Positions 6,733-14,878 are shown, counted from the stretch's first letter. The stretch: 32,000 nt of DNA from Gemmata obscuriglobus (GCF_008065095.1 NZ_CP042911.1:1560001-1592000); one strand, 5' to 3'. Notes: generated by a model not told the origin, from the letters alone. Translations and numbers: made by a program.

Positions 6733-9261
6733 ATGCTCGCCGACCCCACAACCGCCTCGGCCGGTCTCGACGCCGTCCTGACCACCGACGAGCTCGCCCG
6801 CCGTTCGCCGCGCCCGCCGGATCACGCGGCCGAGGCCCGGGCGCTCGTCGACCTGGCCCGCACGATGGCCGAGACCCCGCGCCGCCTGCTCCAGCGGCTG
6901 TCCGAGCTGGCGATGGAGCTGTGCGGCGCCGACTCGGCCGGCATCTCCATCCTTGAAACCGACGGCGCGGGCGACCGCTTCCGCTGGCACGCGATCGCCG
7001 GGCGGCTGGCCCCGAACGTGTGGGGCACGATCGCCCGCCACGCCTGCCCGTGCGGCGAGGTGATCGCCCGTAACGAGCCCCTGCTGTTCGCCGCCCCGGA
7101 GCGGCACTACCCCGGGGCGGCGGCCGGCCCGCCGGTCGTTGAAGCGCTGCTCGTCCCGTTCCACGTGGGCGGGCGCGCCGTCGGAACGCTTTGGGTGATC
7201 GCCCACACCCCCGACCGGCGGTTCGACGCCGAGGACGCCCGCCTGCTGACCAGCCTGTCCCGGCTCGCCGCGGCCGGCTGGCAGACGGTCACCGCCCTCG
7301 ACGCCGCCGAGGAGGCGCGGGACCGGTCGGAGGCCGAAGGCTTCCGCTCGCGGGAGGCCCTCCGGGCCATCCTCGACACGATCCCCCAGCGGGTGTTCTG
7401 GAAGGCCAACGACCTGACCTACCTGGGGTGCAACCGCCCGTTCGCCCGCGACATGGGGTACGACTCGCCGGAGGAGGTGGTCGGCAAGAGCGACTACCAG
7501 GGGGCGTGGCTGGAGCTGGCGGACCAGTTCCGCGCGGACGACCGGCGGGTGATCGATTCCGGGGTGCCCAAGCTGGACTACGAGGAGGTGGTGGTGGCCG
7601 CCGACGGCAGCCGGCGGTGGGTGCGGACCAGCAAGCAGCCGCTCCGCGGCCCGGACGGGGCGGTGGTCGGGGTGCTCGGCACCTACGAGGACGTGACCGA
7701 GCGGCGGCGGATCGAGCAGCAGTTGCGGGACCAGGAGGAGCTGCTGCGGGAGGCGGCGACGCTGGCGCACGTCGGCGGGTGGAGCTTCGACCCGGCCACC
7801 CTGAAGGGGGAGTGGACGGCGGAGACGGCCCGCATCTACGGGGCGGACCCCGCCGCCCGCCCGGACGTGGCGTCGTGCCTGCGGCACTACGACCCGGCCG
7901 ACCGGTCGCGGCTGGAAGAGGCCCTGCGGAGAGCGATCGCGGACGGCACGCCGTACGACCTGGAGCTGCGGTTCACCGCCGCCACCGGGGTCAGGAAGTG
8001 GGTGCGGTCGATGGGCCGGCCGGTGTACGAGGGCGGGCAACTGGTCCGCGTGCGCGGGTCGATCCAGGACGTGACCGAGCGCCGCACGCTGGAGGAGAAG
8101 CTGCGGCAGAGCCAGAAGATGGACGCGTTCGGCCAGCTCGCGGGCGGGGTGGCGCACGACTTCAACAACATGCTCCAGGTGATCAACGGGTACGCCGACC
8201 TGCTGGCCGAGGGGCTGCCGCCGGGCGACGAGCGGGCGGGCGTCGTCGCGGAGATCCGCAAGGCCGGGGAGCGGTCCGCCGCGCTCACCAGCCAGCTCCT
8301 GGCGTTCGCCCGCCAGCAGGTGGCCGCGCCGCGGCTGGTGGACGTCGGCGCCGCGGCGGCGGACACGGCGGGGATGCTGCGGCCGCTGATCGGCGAGGAC
8401 GTGCGGCTGGTGACCGACCTGCCGCGCGGGGGCTGGCCCGTGTTCGTCGACCCCGGCCAGCTCGAGCAGGTGCTGCTCAACCTGGCCGTCAACGCCCGCG
8501 ACGCCATGCCGGCGGGCGGCACCCTGACGGTGGCCGCCCGGAGCGAGGCGGTGGGGCCGGCCGAGGCGGCCCTCGCGGACATGAAGGCGGGGGAGTACAC
8601 GGTGCTGTCGGTGACGGACACCGGGTGCGGGATGCCGGCGGACGTGCAGGCCCGCGTGTTCGAGCCGTTCTTCACCACCAAGGGCGTCGGGAAGGGCACC
8701 GGCCTCGGGCTGGCGACCGTCTACGGCATCGTCAGCCAGGCGGGCGGGCACGTGCGGGTGCGGTCCCGGGTCGGCGAGGGGAGCACGTTCGACGTGTACC
8801 TGCCGCGGGCGAGCGGCGCCGGCCCGGGCGACTCCGCCCGGCCGGGCGTGCGGAGCCTCCCGAGGGGGAGCGAGACGGTGCTGGTCGTCGAGGACGAGGC
8901 GGCGGTGCGGGGGCTGGTGAAGGCGGTGCTGTCCGGGCGCGGGTACACCGTTCTGGAGGCGGGCGACGGGGCGACGGCCGAGCAGGTGGCGGCCGGGTTC
9001 GCCGGGCCGATCCACCTCGTGCTGAGCGACGTGGTGATGCCCGGCGTCGGCGGCCGGGCGGCCGCGGCCGGGGTGCTCGCCACGCACCCCGAGGCGAAGG
9101 TGATGTTCATCAGCGGGTACACGGACGACGCCGTCATGCGGCGGGGCGTGTCCTCGGCCGACGTGCCGTTCCTGCAGAAGCCGTTCACCCCGGCCCTGCT
9201 GGCCACCCGGGTGCGCCAGGTGCTTGATGCCGCAGGGGACGGGGGGCGTGTGCTCGTTTAG
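6733..9261 (+). CDS. Hybrid sensor histidine kinase (GAF, PAS, PAS, HisKA, HATPase_c, REC)
   Basis: The H-box is FGQLAGGVAHDFNNMLQVINGY. The N, G1 and G2 boxes are LLNLAVNARDAM, VTDTGCGM and GKGTGLGLATVYGIV. The C-terminal receiver reads VLVVEDEAAVR...LVLSDVVMPGVGG...QKPF. There are two PAS-like blocks (ILDTIPQRVFWK..., WVRTSKQPL...; ATLAHVGGWSFD...). The N-terminal segment is GAF-like. Confidence 0.9.
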   Translation: MLADPTTASAGLDAVLTTDELARRSPRPPDHAAEARALVDLARTMAETPRRLLQRLSELAMELCGADSAGISILETDGAGDRFRWHAIAGRLAPNVWGTIARHACPCGEVIARNEPLLFAAPERHYPGAAAGPPVVEALLVPFHVGGRAVGTLWVIAHTPDRRFDAEDARLLTSLSRLAAAGWQTVTALDAAEEARDRSEAEGFRSREALRAILDTIPQRVFWKANDLTYLGCNRPFARDMGYDSPEEVVGKSDYQGAWLELADQFRADDRRVIDSGVPKLDYEEVVVAADGSRRWVRTSKQPLRGPDGAVVGVLGTYEDVTERRRIEQQLRDQEELLREAATLAHVGGWSFDPATLKGEWTAETARIYGADPAARPDVASCLRHYDPADRSRLEEALRRAIADGTPYDLELRFTAATGVRKWVRSMGRPVYEGGQLVRVRGSIQDVTERRTLEEKLRQSQKMDAFGQLAGGVAHDFNNMLQVINGYADLLAEGLPPGDERAGVVAEIRKAGERSAALTSQLLAFARQQVAAPRLVDVGAAAADTAGMLRPLIGEDVRLVTDLPRGGWPVFVDPGQLEQVLLNLAVNARDAMPAGGTLTVAARSEAVGPAEAALADMKAGEYTVLSVTDTGCGMPADVQARVFEPFFTTKGVGKGTGLGLATVYGIVSQAGGHVRVRSRVGEGSTFDVYLPRASGAGPGDSARPGVRSLPRGSETVLVVEDEAAVRGLVKAVLSGRGYTVLEAGDGATAEQVAAGFAGPIHLVLSDVVMPGVGGRAAAAGVLATHPEAKVMFISGYTDDAVMRRGVSSADVPFLQKPFTPALLATRVRQVLDAAGDGGRVLV

Positions 9262-9430
9262 CCCCCCGTCCGGCGCCCGGTGCGGTTGAACCGCGGCGAC
9301 GTTGGTAACATCGCGCCCGGCACGAACCCGCGCGTCCCGGCTGCCGGGAACTCTCCGAACCGGTCGCCGGATTCACCGCCCGGGGCGCCGAACCGGACGA
9401 GGCCGCACGCGCCGCCAAGCGAACCGAGTC

Positions 9431-9508
9431 CGGCGCCGCCGAGGACCGCCACGGGCCGCCCGCAGCGCGCCGGCCCGGAAAATCAGGGGCGACGCACGTC
9501 AACGGGTG
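9431..9508 (+). repeat. Left copy of an imperfect direct repeat bracketing the low-GC insertion
   Basis: The core ggggcgAcgcacgtcaacgggtg (9486-9508) matches ggggcgGcgcacgtcaacgggtg (10794-10816) at 22 of 23 positions. Gapped similarity extends upstream: cggcgccgcc...acgggc.gccc...gc.cgccggccc. High G+C ends abruptly after 9508. Confidence 0.7.
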
Positions 9509-10349
9509 TACCACATTTCTTGATAAGCGCAAGAAGCCATGCCATGGCATTGAGCCTGATGTCGCCATTCTCATGGAGGCATAAACTCAACACTTTTAAT
9601 GCCGATGAAATGGACGTCTTGCTGTACTTGTTGGCAGCTTTCAACGCTTGTAGTACGACGGCTTCGCTGTCGCTATTGAAGAAGTGGCTAAAATCCATGC
9701 GGCGAACGCACCACGGTGCGTGTATTCCAAGGTCATCTATTGAATCTAGTATGCAAAGGTGTGACAGTGGGGAAATTGATGAGAGGGGGAGCCTTGAGAT
9801 GAGAATGGCGCAAAATGCAGAGTCGTCAGCACAGTGGGCCAGTCCGCCCAAGGCAAACGACTTGACGTCCGACCGAAAAAACAAGGAGCACGCGGCGAGG
9901 AAGGCCTTGTCGCATGCCGTCACTCGAAGGCCCCAGTTGCGAACAATCGCGTTTACTGCCATGAAAGAATAGTCGTCTGGATCGAATATAATGACGCGAT
10001 ATAAAAATAAATTATAAAACAAGCTCGGTGGTGGGCCGTCAAGACCAAGCAGGTCCCTGTATTGGACGACAAAGCGTGGGTTGATATTGCCAATTGGGCT
10101 AACGGCGGCTGCCCGATAGACGGCCGAAGGGCTCACGCAGTAACGGGTGACATGCAAAATGTCAAAGTACAACTCATCTTCTCTGTTTGCGGCTTTTAGT
10201 ATATCGTATACGTATTCATCTAAATTGATCTTCATCTCCGCCAGCAGCCCGAGCGAGAGCCTTCTCGATTCGAGCGTTGCACCGGGTGACAAGCCGATAG
10301 TAATGGAGACGGCTGTTACAACGGACAGGAGGATCGCCATGGCGCTCAC
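9483..10349 (-). CDS. Orphan protein encoded by low-GC DNA, with an N-terminal signal/TM segment
   Basis: This is the only long ORF with protein-like composition in the AT-rich block. The N-terminus is MSAMAILLSVVTAVSITIGL. I recognise no domain. The last ~9 codons and the stop lie inside the left direct repeat, so the ORF reads out of the insertion into flanking DNA. Confidence 0.6.
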   Translation of the reverse strand: MSAMAILLSVVTAVSITIGLSPGATLESRRLSLGLLAEMKINLDEYVYDILKAANREDELYFDILHVTRYCVSPSAVYRAAAVSPIGNINPRFVVQYRDLLGLDGPPPSLFYNLFLYRVIIFDPDDYSFMAVNAIVRNWGLRVTACDKAFLAACSLFFRSDVKSFALGGLAHCADDSAFCAILISRLPLSSISPLSHLCILDSIDDLGIHAPWCVRRMDFSHFFNSDSEAVVLQALKAANKYSKTSISSALKVLSLCLHENGDIRLNAMAWLLALIKKCGTPVDVRRP

Positions 10350-10491
10350 CTATTCGCTTCTTCAGTATCGAGTCGATAAAAGCGGATTCGCCTCAATACA
10401 AGGGGCCAAGGAGTCTTAGAAACGGCGGCGGAATGGACTGATGGTCGCGGCTCCGTACCGGCCCACACGGGCTTCGCGTTTGCGAACACTG

Positions 10492-10572
10492 ATTTTGACA
10501 GGATTGACAGGATTCACCGGATGAAGACCGACCGATTTGAAATCCTGCTGATCCTGTCGATCCTGTCAAAAT
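10492..10572. repeat. MITE/REP-like palindromic element, family 1 (tandem 9-mers rACAGGATn), copy 1
   Basis: The sequence is attttGACAGGATtGACAGGATtCACCGGATg...gaAATCCTGctgATCCTGTCgATCCTGTCaaaat. It is about 90% identical to the reverse complement of the copy at 18072-18149. Confidence 0.75.
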
Positions 10573-10747
10573 CATCTGGGCTCAGCCACCGCGTGTTGGT
10601 GCGACCCGCCCTCGCCTCGGCAGCCGCAATGGTACTCCGAGCGGGGTTCATTCCGCCACCACCTCTTGGCGAAACCTGTGCGGCAAGTTGAAACTACGTG
10701 CTCCAAACGTAACCGTTCGCGCGGGCAACCGCCGGACGGAGCGTGTT

Positions 10748-10816
10748 CGGCGCCGCCACGGGCGGCCCATAGCACGCCGGCCCGTTCAAAATTGGGGCGG
10801 CGCACGTCAACGGGTG
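10748..10816 (+). repeat. Right copy of the imperfect direct repeat bracketing the low-GC insertion
   Basis: See 9431-9508. The 23-nt core lies at 10794-10816, and gapped upstream similarity starts at cggcgccgcc (10748). Confidence 0.7.
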
Positions 10817-10903
10817 CCGGCGCCTTTGTCTTCTACACTCAATTGTAAACTCCTCGCGGCGTGCGCGACAGTCAAGCTGTTGTTCGGCTTACGGAGGGCA
10901 GCG

Positions 10904-11185
10904 GTGGACGGACCGAACCGTGACGGATGGCTGGTCGTGGTCGGGTTAATCTACCCGGTCGTCGCCTTCGGGGTGCTGCTCGGCTGCGGCGGGTGGACGG
11001 GACCGATGGCGTTCCACCCGCTCACCGTGCCGGTGCCGGCGGCGCTGCTGGCGGCCGTCACGATTGCCCTGTGGGCCGACGGGGTCCGATTTCGAGGGCG
11101 GGCGCTCGCCCTGTTCGTGGTGTGGTTGCTCGCCGTAGTATCTGCTCAGTGGGTGGTGTACGCCGCGGCGGCCGCGGCGGTGTAG
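10904..11185 (+). CDS. Small membrane protein with three predicted TM helices, orphan
   Basis: GTG at 10904 lies 6-8 nt after GGAGGG (10893-10898). Hydrophobic segments are WLVVVGLIYPVVAFGVLLGC, VPVPAALLAAVTIALWA and ALALFVVWLLAVVSAQWVVY. The upstream part of the listed 165-aa ORF is Arg-rich and not protein-like. Confidence 0.4.
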   Translation: MDGPNRDGWLVVVGLIYPVVAFGVLLGCGGWTGPMAFHPLTVPVPAALLAAVTIALWADGVRFRGRALALFVVWLLAVVSAQWVVYAAAAAAV

Positions 11186-11297
11186 CTCGCCGCGCCCAAC
11201 CCGCCGCGGCACCGAGCCATGGTAGACTGTGTACGCTGTGACCGCGCATGATGCCTGCGGCAGTTGAGCGTTCAGTTCGTCCAGAGAGGGCTTCGCA

Positions 11298-11837
11298 GTG
11301 AGCGACACCACGGAGGACCGACGGGCGGCGGCGAGCGCCGCCAACGAAGCGAGTCGGTTCGCCGAGGCGTATCAACTGTGGCTGCCTCTCGCCGAAGCCG
11401 GGGACGCCGAGGCTCAGGCCCAAATTGGCGCCCTGATGCAGTGCAGCCTGCACCGGTTCGAGAACCTGGAGCAGCTCAACGCGGGCGCCGGGCCGGTCAT
11501 CGACGAGGCCACCATGCGGGCGGACGCCGAGCAGGCCGGCCGGTATCTGACGGCGGCGTCGGCGGCCGGCATCGGCCCGGCCTCGTTCAACCTCGCCGGG
11601 ATGTACGTCGGCGGGTACGGGGGCGGGTCGTGGGAGGACCGCAAGGCGCGAGCCGCCGAGCTGTACGCCCTCGCCTACGCGCAGGGGTTTACCTGTTTCG
11701 GACGCCTCATGGGTGACGCCGGGCCGGGCCAACCGTACCTGGACATCCTGGAAGGGTACGCGACCGCCAGCGGCGTGCCGTTACCGGGCGAACAGAGGCA
11801 TACCGAACCCGAGGCAACACCGGACCCGGCCACGTAA
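11298..11837 (+). CDS. Sel1-like (SLR/TPR-family) repeat protein
   Basis: GTG at 11298 follows agagagggctt. The Sel1-type motifs are AEAYQLWLPLAEAGDAEAQAQIGALM and AGRYLTAASAAGIGPASFNLAGMYVGGYGG...KARAAELYALAYAQGF. Confidence 0.7.
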   Translation: MSDTTEDRRAAASAANEASRFAEAYQLWLPLAEAGDAEAQAQIGALMQCSLHRFENLEQLNAGAGPVIDEATMRADAEQAGRYLTAASAAGIGPASFNLAGMYVGGYGGGSWEDRKARAAELYALAYAQGFTCFGRLMGDAGPGQPYLDILEGYATASGVPLPGEQRHTEPEATPDPAT

Positions 11838-11937
11838 CTCGCTTGGTGCGGCCCGCCGCGCTTCGAGTAGCCCGGCCGCACCCCGAGGCGCGCGAGCCGG
11901 TGGATTCCGTATTCGGCCGCAGGGAGGGCTTGGTTTG

Positions 11938-12477
11938 GTGCAGCACGACTACAACGGGGCGGGGCGCTGGAGCCGTGCCGCCATCCTGGCCCGCTACGGC
12001 GAACTGGCGCGCCGTCTCCGGATCGAAGCGCCCGCAGATCTGCGCCCGCTGGAGGTAACGGCTGCGGGCGAGCGCTGGATCTACCCGGTCATGATGCGGG
12101 TCATCGAAGGGATCGAGCGCGGGGACGCCGCCTGCGTTGAACTCGGGATCGCGTTCATCGAGGAGGATTCGCCCTTTCCGTTCGGCCGGGTGCTGAAATC
12201 CAACACCGCGCGAGCGCTGCGGCGCGCCGCCCTCACCCCAGAGCAGCAAGAGCGGATTCGCCGGCGGGTTGTTGCAATGTTGGTCGCCGGCAACACCCCG
12301 CGCGAGTACCGGGAGTACGCCAAACTGGTGCGGAGGATTGGGGTCGGGAACTGGTGGGCTCAGGCCGAGGGCCGGCTGAACTTAACGAGCCCGTATGTGC
12401 GCCGTTATTACAACTACTTCAAGCAGCACGTCCTCGGTAACGAGCCCTCCGCTGCCGCCCCGAACCCGGCCACGTGA
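11938..12477 (+). CDS. Hypothetical helical protein, no domain recognised
   Basis: GTG at 11938 (or TTG at 11935) lies 9 nt after GGGAGGG (11922-11928). The composition is protein-like (…WIYPVMMRVIEGIERGDAACVELGIAFIEEDSPFPFGRVLKSNTARAL…NYFKQHV). The listed upstream extension from 11713 is Arg/Pro-rich. Confidence 0.6.
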   Translation: MQHDYNGAGRWSRAAILARYGELARRLRIEAPADLRPLEVTAAGERWIYPVMMRVIEGIERGDAACVELGIAFIEEDSPFPFGRVLKSNTARALRRAALTPEQQERIRRRVVAMLVAGNTPREYREYAKLVRRIGVGNWWAQAEGRLNLTSPYVRRYYNYFKQHVLGNEPSAAAPNPAT

Positions 12478-12567
12478 TTTGGTTCCCGCTGCTTGCCGAC
12501 GTTCGTTGTCGCTGATTGGTATCGCGGCCGGGCCGGTGAGCGTTACGTTCGTCGGGAGGGCTTCGAT

Positions 12568-12996
12568 GTGCGGCGTCTTCTAACGGTAACGGCGGCGTGG
12601 CTGCTCGGGGCGGGTGTGTACGTCGCGGCCGCCATCGGGTGGAACGGGTACGATGGCTTTCCGGACACGATCCTCCTACCGGCGTGCGGGGCGGTCGTCA
12701 GCGCGGCGTTCGTCGGCGGAGGTCTGCTGGCGGGTCGCGCCCTTCGCCGGACGCCCCTCGGCCGGGCGTGGCAGTCTCGTTCGGCGTGGGCGGCGGTCGC
12801 GGCGGTCGGTAGCGTCGCCGTGCTGGTGTTCGGGTCGGCGGTCGGACTGACCGGCGAGTACACCGACCCGGACACCGGCGAGCCGTTCCGGGCGCTCCAC
12901 CCGGCGGCCGCACTGGGCGGGTACGCGCTGCTCCTGTTTGCCGTCGCGCACTGGCCGCTGGGCCGGCTCACAGGCGCCCCAGGCGCGGTGAGCTGA
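12568..12996 (+). CDS. Membrane protein with about four TM helices, orphan
   Basis: GTG at 12568 lies 8 nt after GGGAGGG (12554-12560). Hydrophobic segments include LLTVTAAWLLGAGVYVAAAIGW, ACGAVVSAAFVGGGLLAG, AWAAVAAVGSVAVLVFGSAVGL and AAALGGYALLLFAVAHW. Confidence 0.5.
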   Translation: MRRLLTVTAAWLLGAGVYVAAAIGWNGYDGFPDTILLPACGAVVSAAFVGGGLLAGRALRRTPLGRAWQSRSAWAAVAAVGSVAVLVFGSAVGLTGEYTDPDTGEPFRALHPAAALGGYALLLFAVAHWPLGRLTGAPGAVS

Positions 12997-13150
12997 TACA
13001 CGTGCCCGATGAGAGCGTCCGTGCGGGGGCCGGGGTCGCGACGGCGCCCCACACGCGGCCGGAAGAAAACGCCCCATGCGCGGTTCTACCCAAGGTCGGG
13101 TTCGAGCATGTGGGGGCGGGCGACGACGATGAAGCCAAGGAGATGAGGGC

Positions 13151-13780
13151 GTGGCGCTTTTTATCGCCTTATTTACCCGGCGGGCCGCGCTGGTCGCCGC
13201 GGCGGCCGCGGCGTGCTACGGGTTGGCCGAGGGCCTCGGCGCCGGGCCGGCCCTCCTGCTTTGGGCCGCGGCGGCGGCCGGGGCGTGCGTGCTCGGGGCG
13301 GTCCTGCTGCGGGTGAGCGCGGTCGGCCGGATCACCTGGCGGAACCGCGCGGCCGGATACCTGATCCCGTGGGGGTGGCGCTTGAACCGGGGCCGCCTGT
13401 GGCCGGTGGCGGTCGTCTCGTGGGTCGTGTGGGTGGCGGTCGGGGCGGCCGCGCTCCTGCTGCGGCCGTCGCCGGGAGAGGACGGCCCCGCGGTCGGCGT
13501 CCGGATCGCCCTGTTCGCCGCGTGGGCGGTCGATGCGGCCGCGCTGGTGTTTATCCTGGGCTCGATCCGCCAGGCGACGCCGGGGGGCCGCGTCGGGTCG
13601 CTGTGGAAACTGGTCGCGGTAATAGCCGGACTGGTCGGGGCGAGCGTGGCCCTGCACCTCGGCGACCTGAGCCGCGCGGCCCTGCTCCTGGCCGGCGGCC
13701 CGCCGGCGGTACTCATCGTGATCGCCGCGCTGTTCGTCGGCCTCATGATGACCGTGGGCCGCAACGCCCGGTGGAACTGA
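13151..13780 (+). CDS. Multi-pass membrane protein with about six TM helices, orphan
   Basis: GTG at 13151 lies 8 nt after AAGGAG (13137-13142). Hydrophobic helices are separated by short Arg-containing loops. The stop is TGA at 13778-13780. Confidence 0.6.
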   Translation: MALFIALFTRRAALVAAAAAACYGLAEGLGAGPALLLWAAAAAGACVLGAVLLRVSAVGRITWRNRAAGYLIPWGWRLNRGRLWPVAVVSWVVWVAVGAAALLLRPSPGEDGPAVGVRIALFAAWAVDAAALVFILGSIRQATPGGRVGSLWKLVAVIAGLVGASVALHLGDLSRAALLLAGGPPAVLIVIAALFVGLMMTVGRNARWN

Positions 13781-13812
13781 CCAGGAGGCCCGCCCACGCC
13801 ACGAGCGCGCGG

Positions 13813-14142
13813 TCAGGACGTGCCCTTCAGCGCGTCGATCGTATCGCGGAGCCACAGCGGCCGGGGCTCGTCGCCGGCGTCGTATAACGTGACCCGCCCG
13901 ATCGGCAGATCGAGTAGCGCCTCCTCAAGGAGCGCCGCCAGCGCGGGGCGGGGGAGCCAGACCGGGAACGTCGCGGCACCGGCACGGCCGGCGGCTGCGG
14001 CTTCGCGTGCGAACATCTCGATGCCGTGTTCGCCGGTCGCGCCCACAACTCTCGTGTGCAAAGTCGCCAGGGTGATCCGGTCGGGGGTCCGGCTTAGGAG
14101 CCACGCCCCGGCCAACTCGCGGAGCAATTCGTCCTCGTTCAT
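13813..14142 (-). CDS. Hypothetical 109-aa soluble protein
   Basis: ATG at 14142. The translation has balanced composition (MNEDELLRELAGAWLLSRTPDRITLATLHTRVVGATGEHGIEMFAREAAA...). It converges on the membrane-protein array. I recognise no domain. Confidence 0.5.
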   Translation of the reverse strand: MNEDELLRELAGAWLLSRTPDRITLATLHTRVVGATGEHGIEMFAREAAAAGRAGAATFPVWLPRPALAALLEEALLDLPIGRVTLYDAGDEPRPLWLRDTIDALKGTS

Positions 14143-14436
14143 CCGTTCGCTTCCAATCCTTCTTTGGGATCACCGGCCTTATGTGGCCGGGCGCCGGTGC
14201 TGCACGGAGTTTCGGGCCTTGAGGTGTGGTCGGCGGGCGGTGCTTTGCGCATCAAATTGACGACATCGAATGCACCCGGCACGATGTCGCAACCGCGCGC
14301 AGAGCGAGCGGGCCACACGGAAAGCCTGAACCCGCGTGGCGAAATATCACTCGCGGGGGGGGGCTCGCGTCGGGAGAAACGGTGTCGCGGGACGGGAATG
14401 CGGGAATCGAAACGCGCCGGGCGCACGTGAAACGCA

Positions 14437-14471
14437 AAGCGGTCCCGTGCGCGTTCTGCACGGGACCGCTT
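14437..14471 (-). terminator. Rho-independent-type terminator of the lipocalin-like gene
   Basis: The stem is a perfect 14 bp, aagcggtcccgtgc (14437-14450) with gcacgggaccgctt (14458-14471), and the loop is 7 nt. On the minus strand the hairpin is followed by TGCGTTTC. It lies about 40 nt downstream of the stop at 14510. Confidence 0.55.
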
Positions 14472-14509
14472 CCACTCTGGGGACCACGCGCCCGGGACCG
14501 GGCGGGGTG

Positions 14510-14878
14510 TTACTTGTCCTTGATCCGCACGAGCGTGTCCTCTTTGCCGTTCTCGTCCTTGCCCGTGAGTTCGGTGTCGGTCAGCTTGGAGATGGTGATC
14601 GTGTTCGTCTTCTCCTGGGCCCCGGCCTTCAGGGTGGTGGTGAGCTTGTTCCCGTCCAGCTTGTAGGTGCCCTCGGCCTTGAACGCCTTGTCGCCCTCTC
14701 CGAGGGTGAGGCCCAGCTTCCCCTCCTTCTTGAACTCGATCACCACGTCCTTCTTCTCCTTCGGGTGCCACTTGCCGATCAGCTTGCCGGCATCGATCTT
14801 CTCGACCTTATCATCGGCCCCGACGCCGGCCGCAGCGACCAGAAGGGCCGTCAGCGCGCAACCCAGGATGACTCGCAT
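14510..14878 (-). CDS. Small secreted lipocalin-like protein (Gemmata-type paralogous family, TIGR03066-like)
   Basis: ATG at 14878 follows GAGGAG. The signal peptide is MRVILGCALTALLVAAAGVGA. The mature part is KLIGKWHPKEKKDVVIEFKKEGKLGLTLGEGDKAFKAEGTYKLDGNKLTTTLK...ITISKLTDTELTGKDENGKEDTLVRI. The listed 133-aa upstream extension runs through repeat DNA. Confidence 0.8.
   Translation of the reverse strand: MRVILGCALTALLVAAAGVGADDKVEKIDAGKLIGKWHPKEKKDVVIEFKKEGKLGLTLGEGDKAFKAEGTYKLDGNKLTTTLKAGAQEKTNTITISKLTDTELTGKDENGKEDTLVRIKDK

Noticed and set aside
6721-9087. A 788-aa minus-strand ORF and a 678-aa +3 ORF overlapping the hybrid histidine kinase.
   Set aside because: Their composition is Arg/Pro/Gly/His-rich with no motifs. 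The + frame from 6733 contains complete H, N, G1, G2 and receiver motifs.
9280-10419. Plus-strand ORFs 9280-9972 (230 aa) and 10147-10419 (90 aa) within the low-GC block.
   Set aside because: Both overlap the more protein-like 288-aa minus-strand ORF. The first begins in GC-rich repeat DNA with a Pro/Arg-rich translation, and neither shows motifs.
10492-10572. A possible CRISPR array, suggested by the repeated GACAGGAT units here and at 18072 and 22198.
   Set aside because: The units are 9-bp tandem copies arranged as inverted arms with no unique spacers of 25-40 bp, and there are no cas genes. This is a palindromic REP/MITE-like structure instead.
10636-10665. A tRNA-like string gcggggttcattccgccaccacc.
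   Set aside because: Only a 4-bp stem with an 8-nt loop is possible. No D arm, anticodon arm or acceptor stem can be built.
11298-12477. Paralogy of the two adjacent 179-aa proteins, which have identical length and a shared ...P(D/N)PAT C-terminus.
   Set aside because: Only the last ~17 nt are similar and the rest of the proteins do not align. The equal length partly reflects my choice of start. I retained only the shared-junction observation.
14415-14436. A possible third copy of the island-flanking repeat core (gggcgcacgtgaaacg versus ggcgcacgtcaacgg).
   Set aside because: The match is only ~13 of 15 nt with no flanking similarity, which is compatible with chance in GC-rich DNA.
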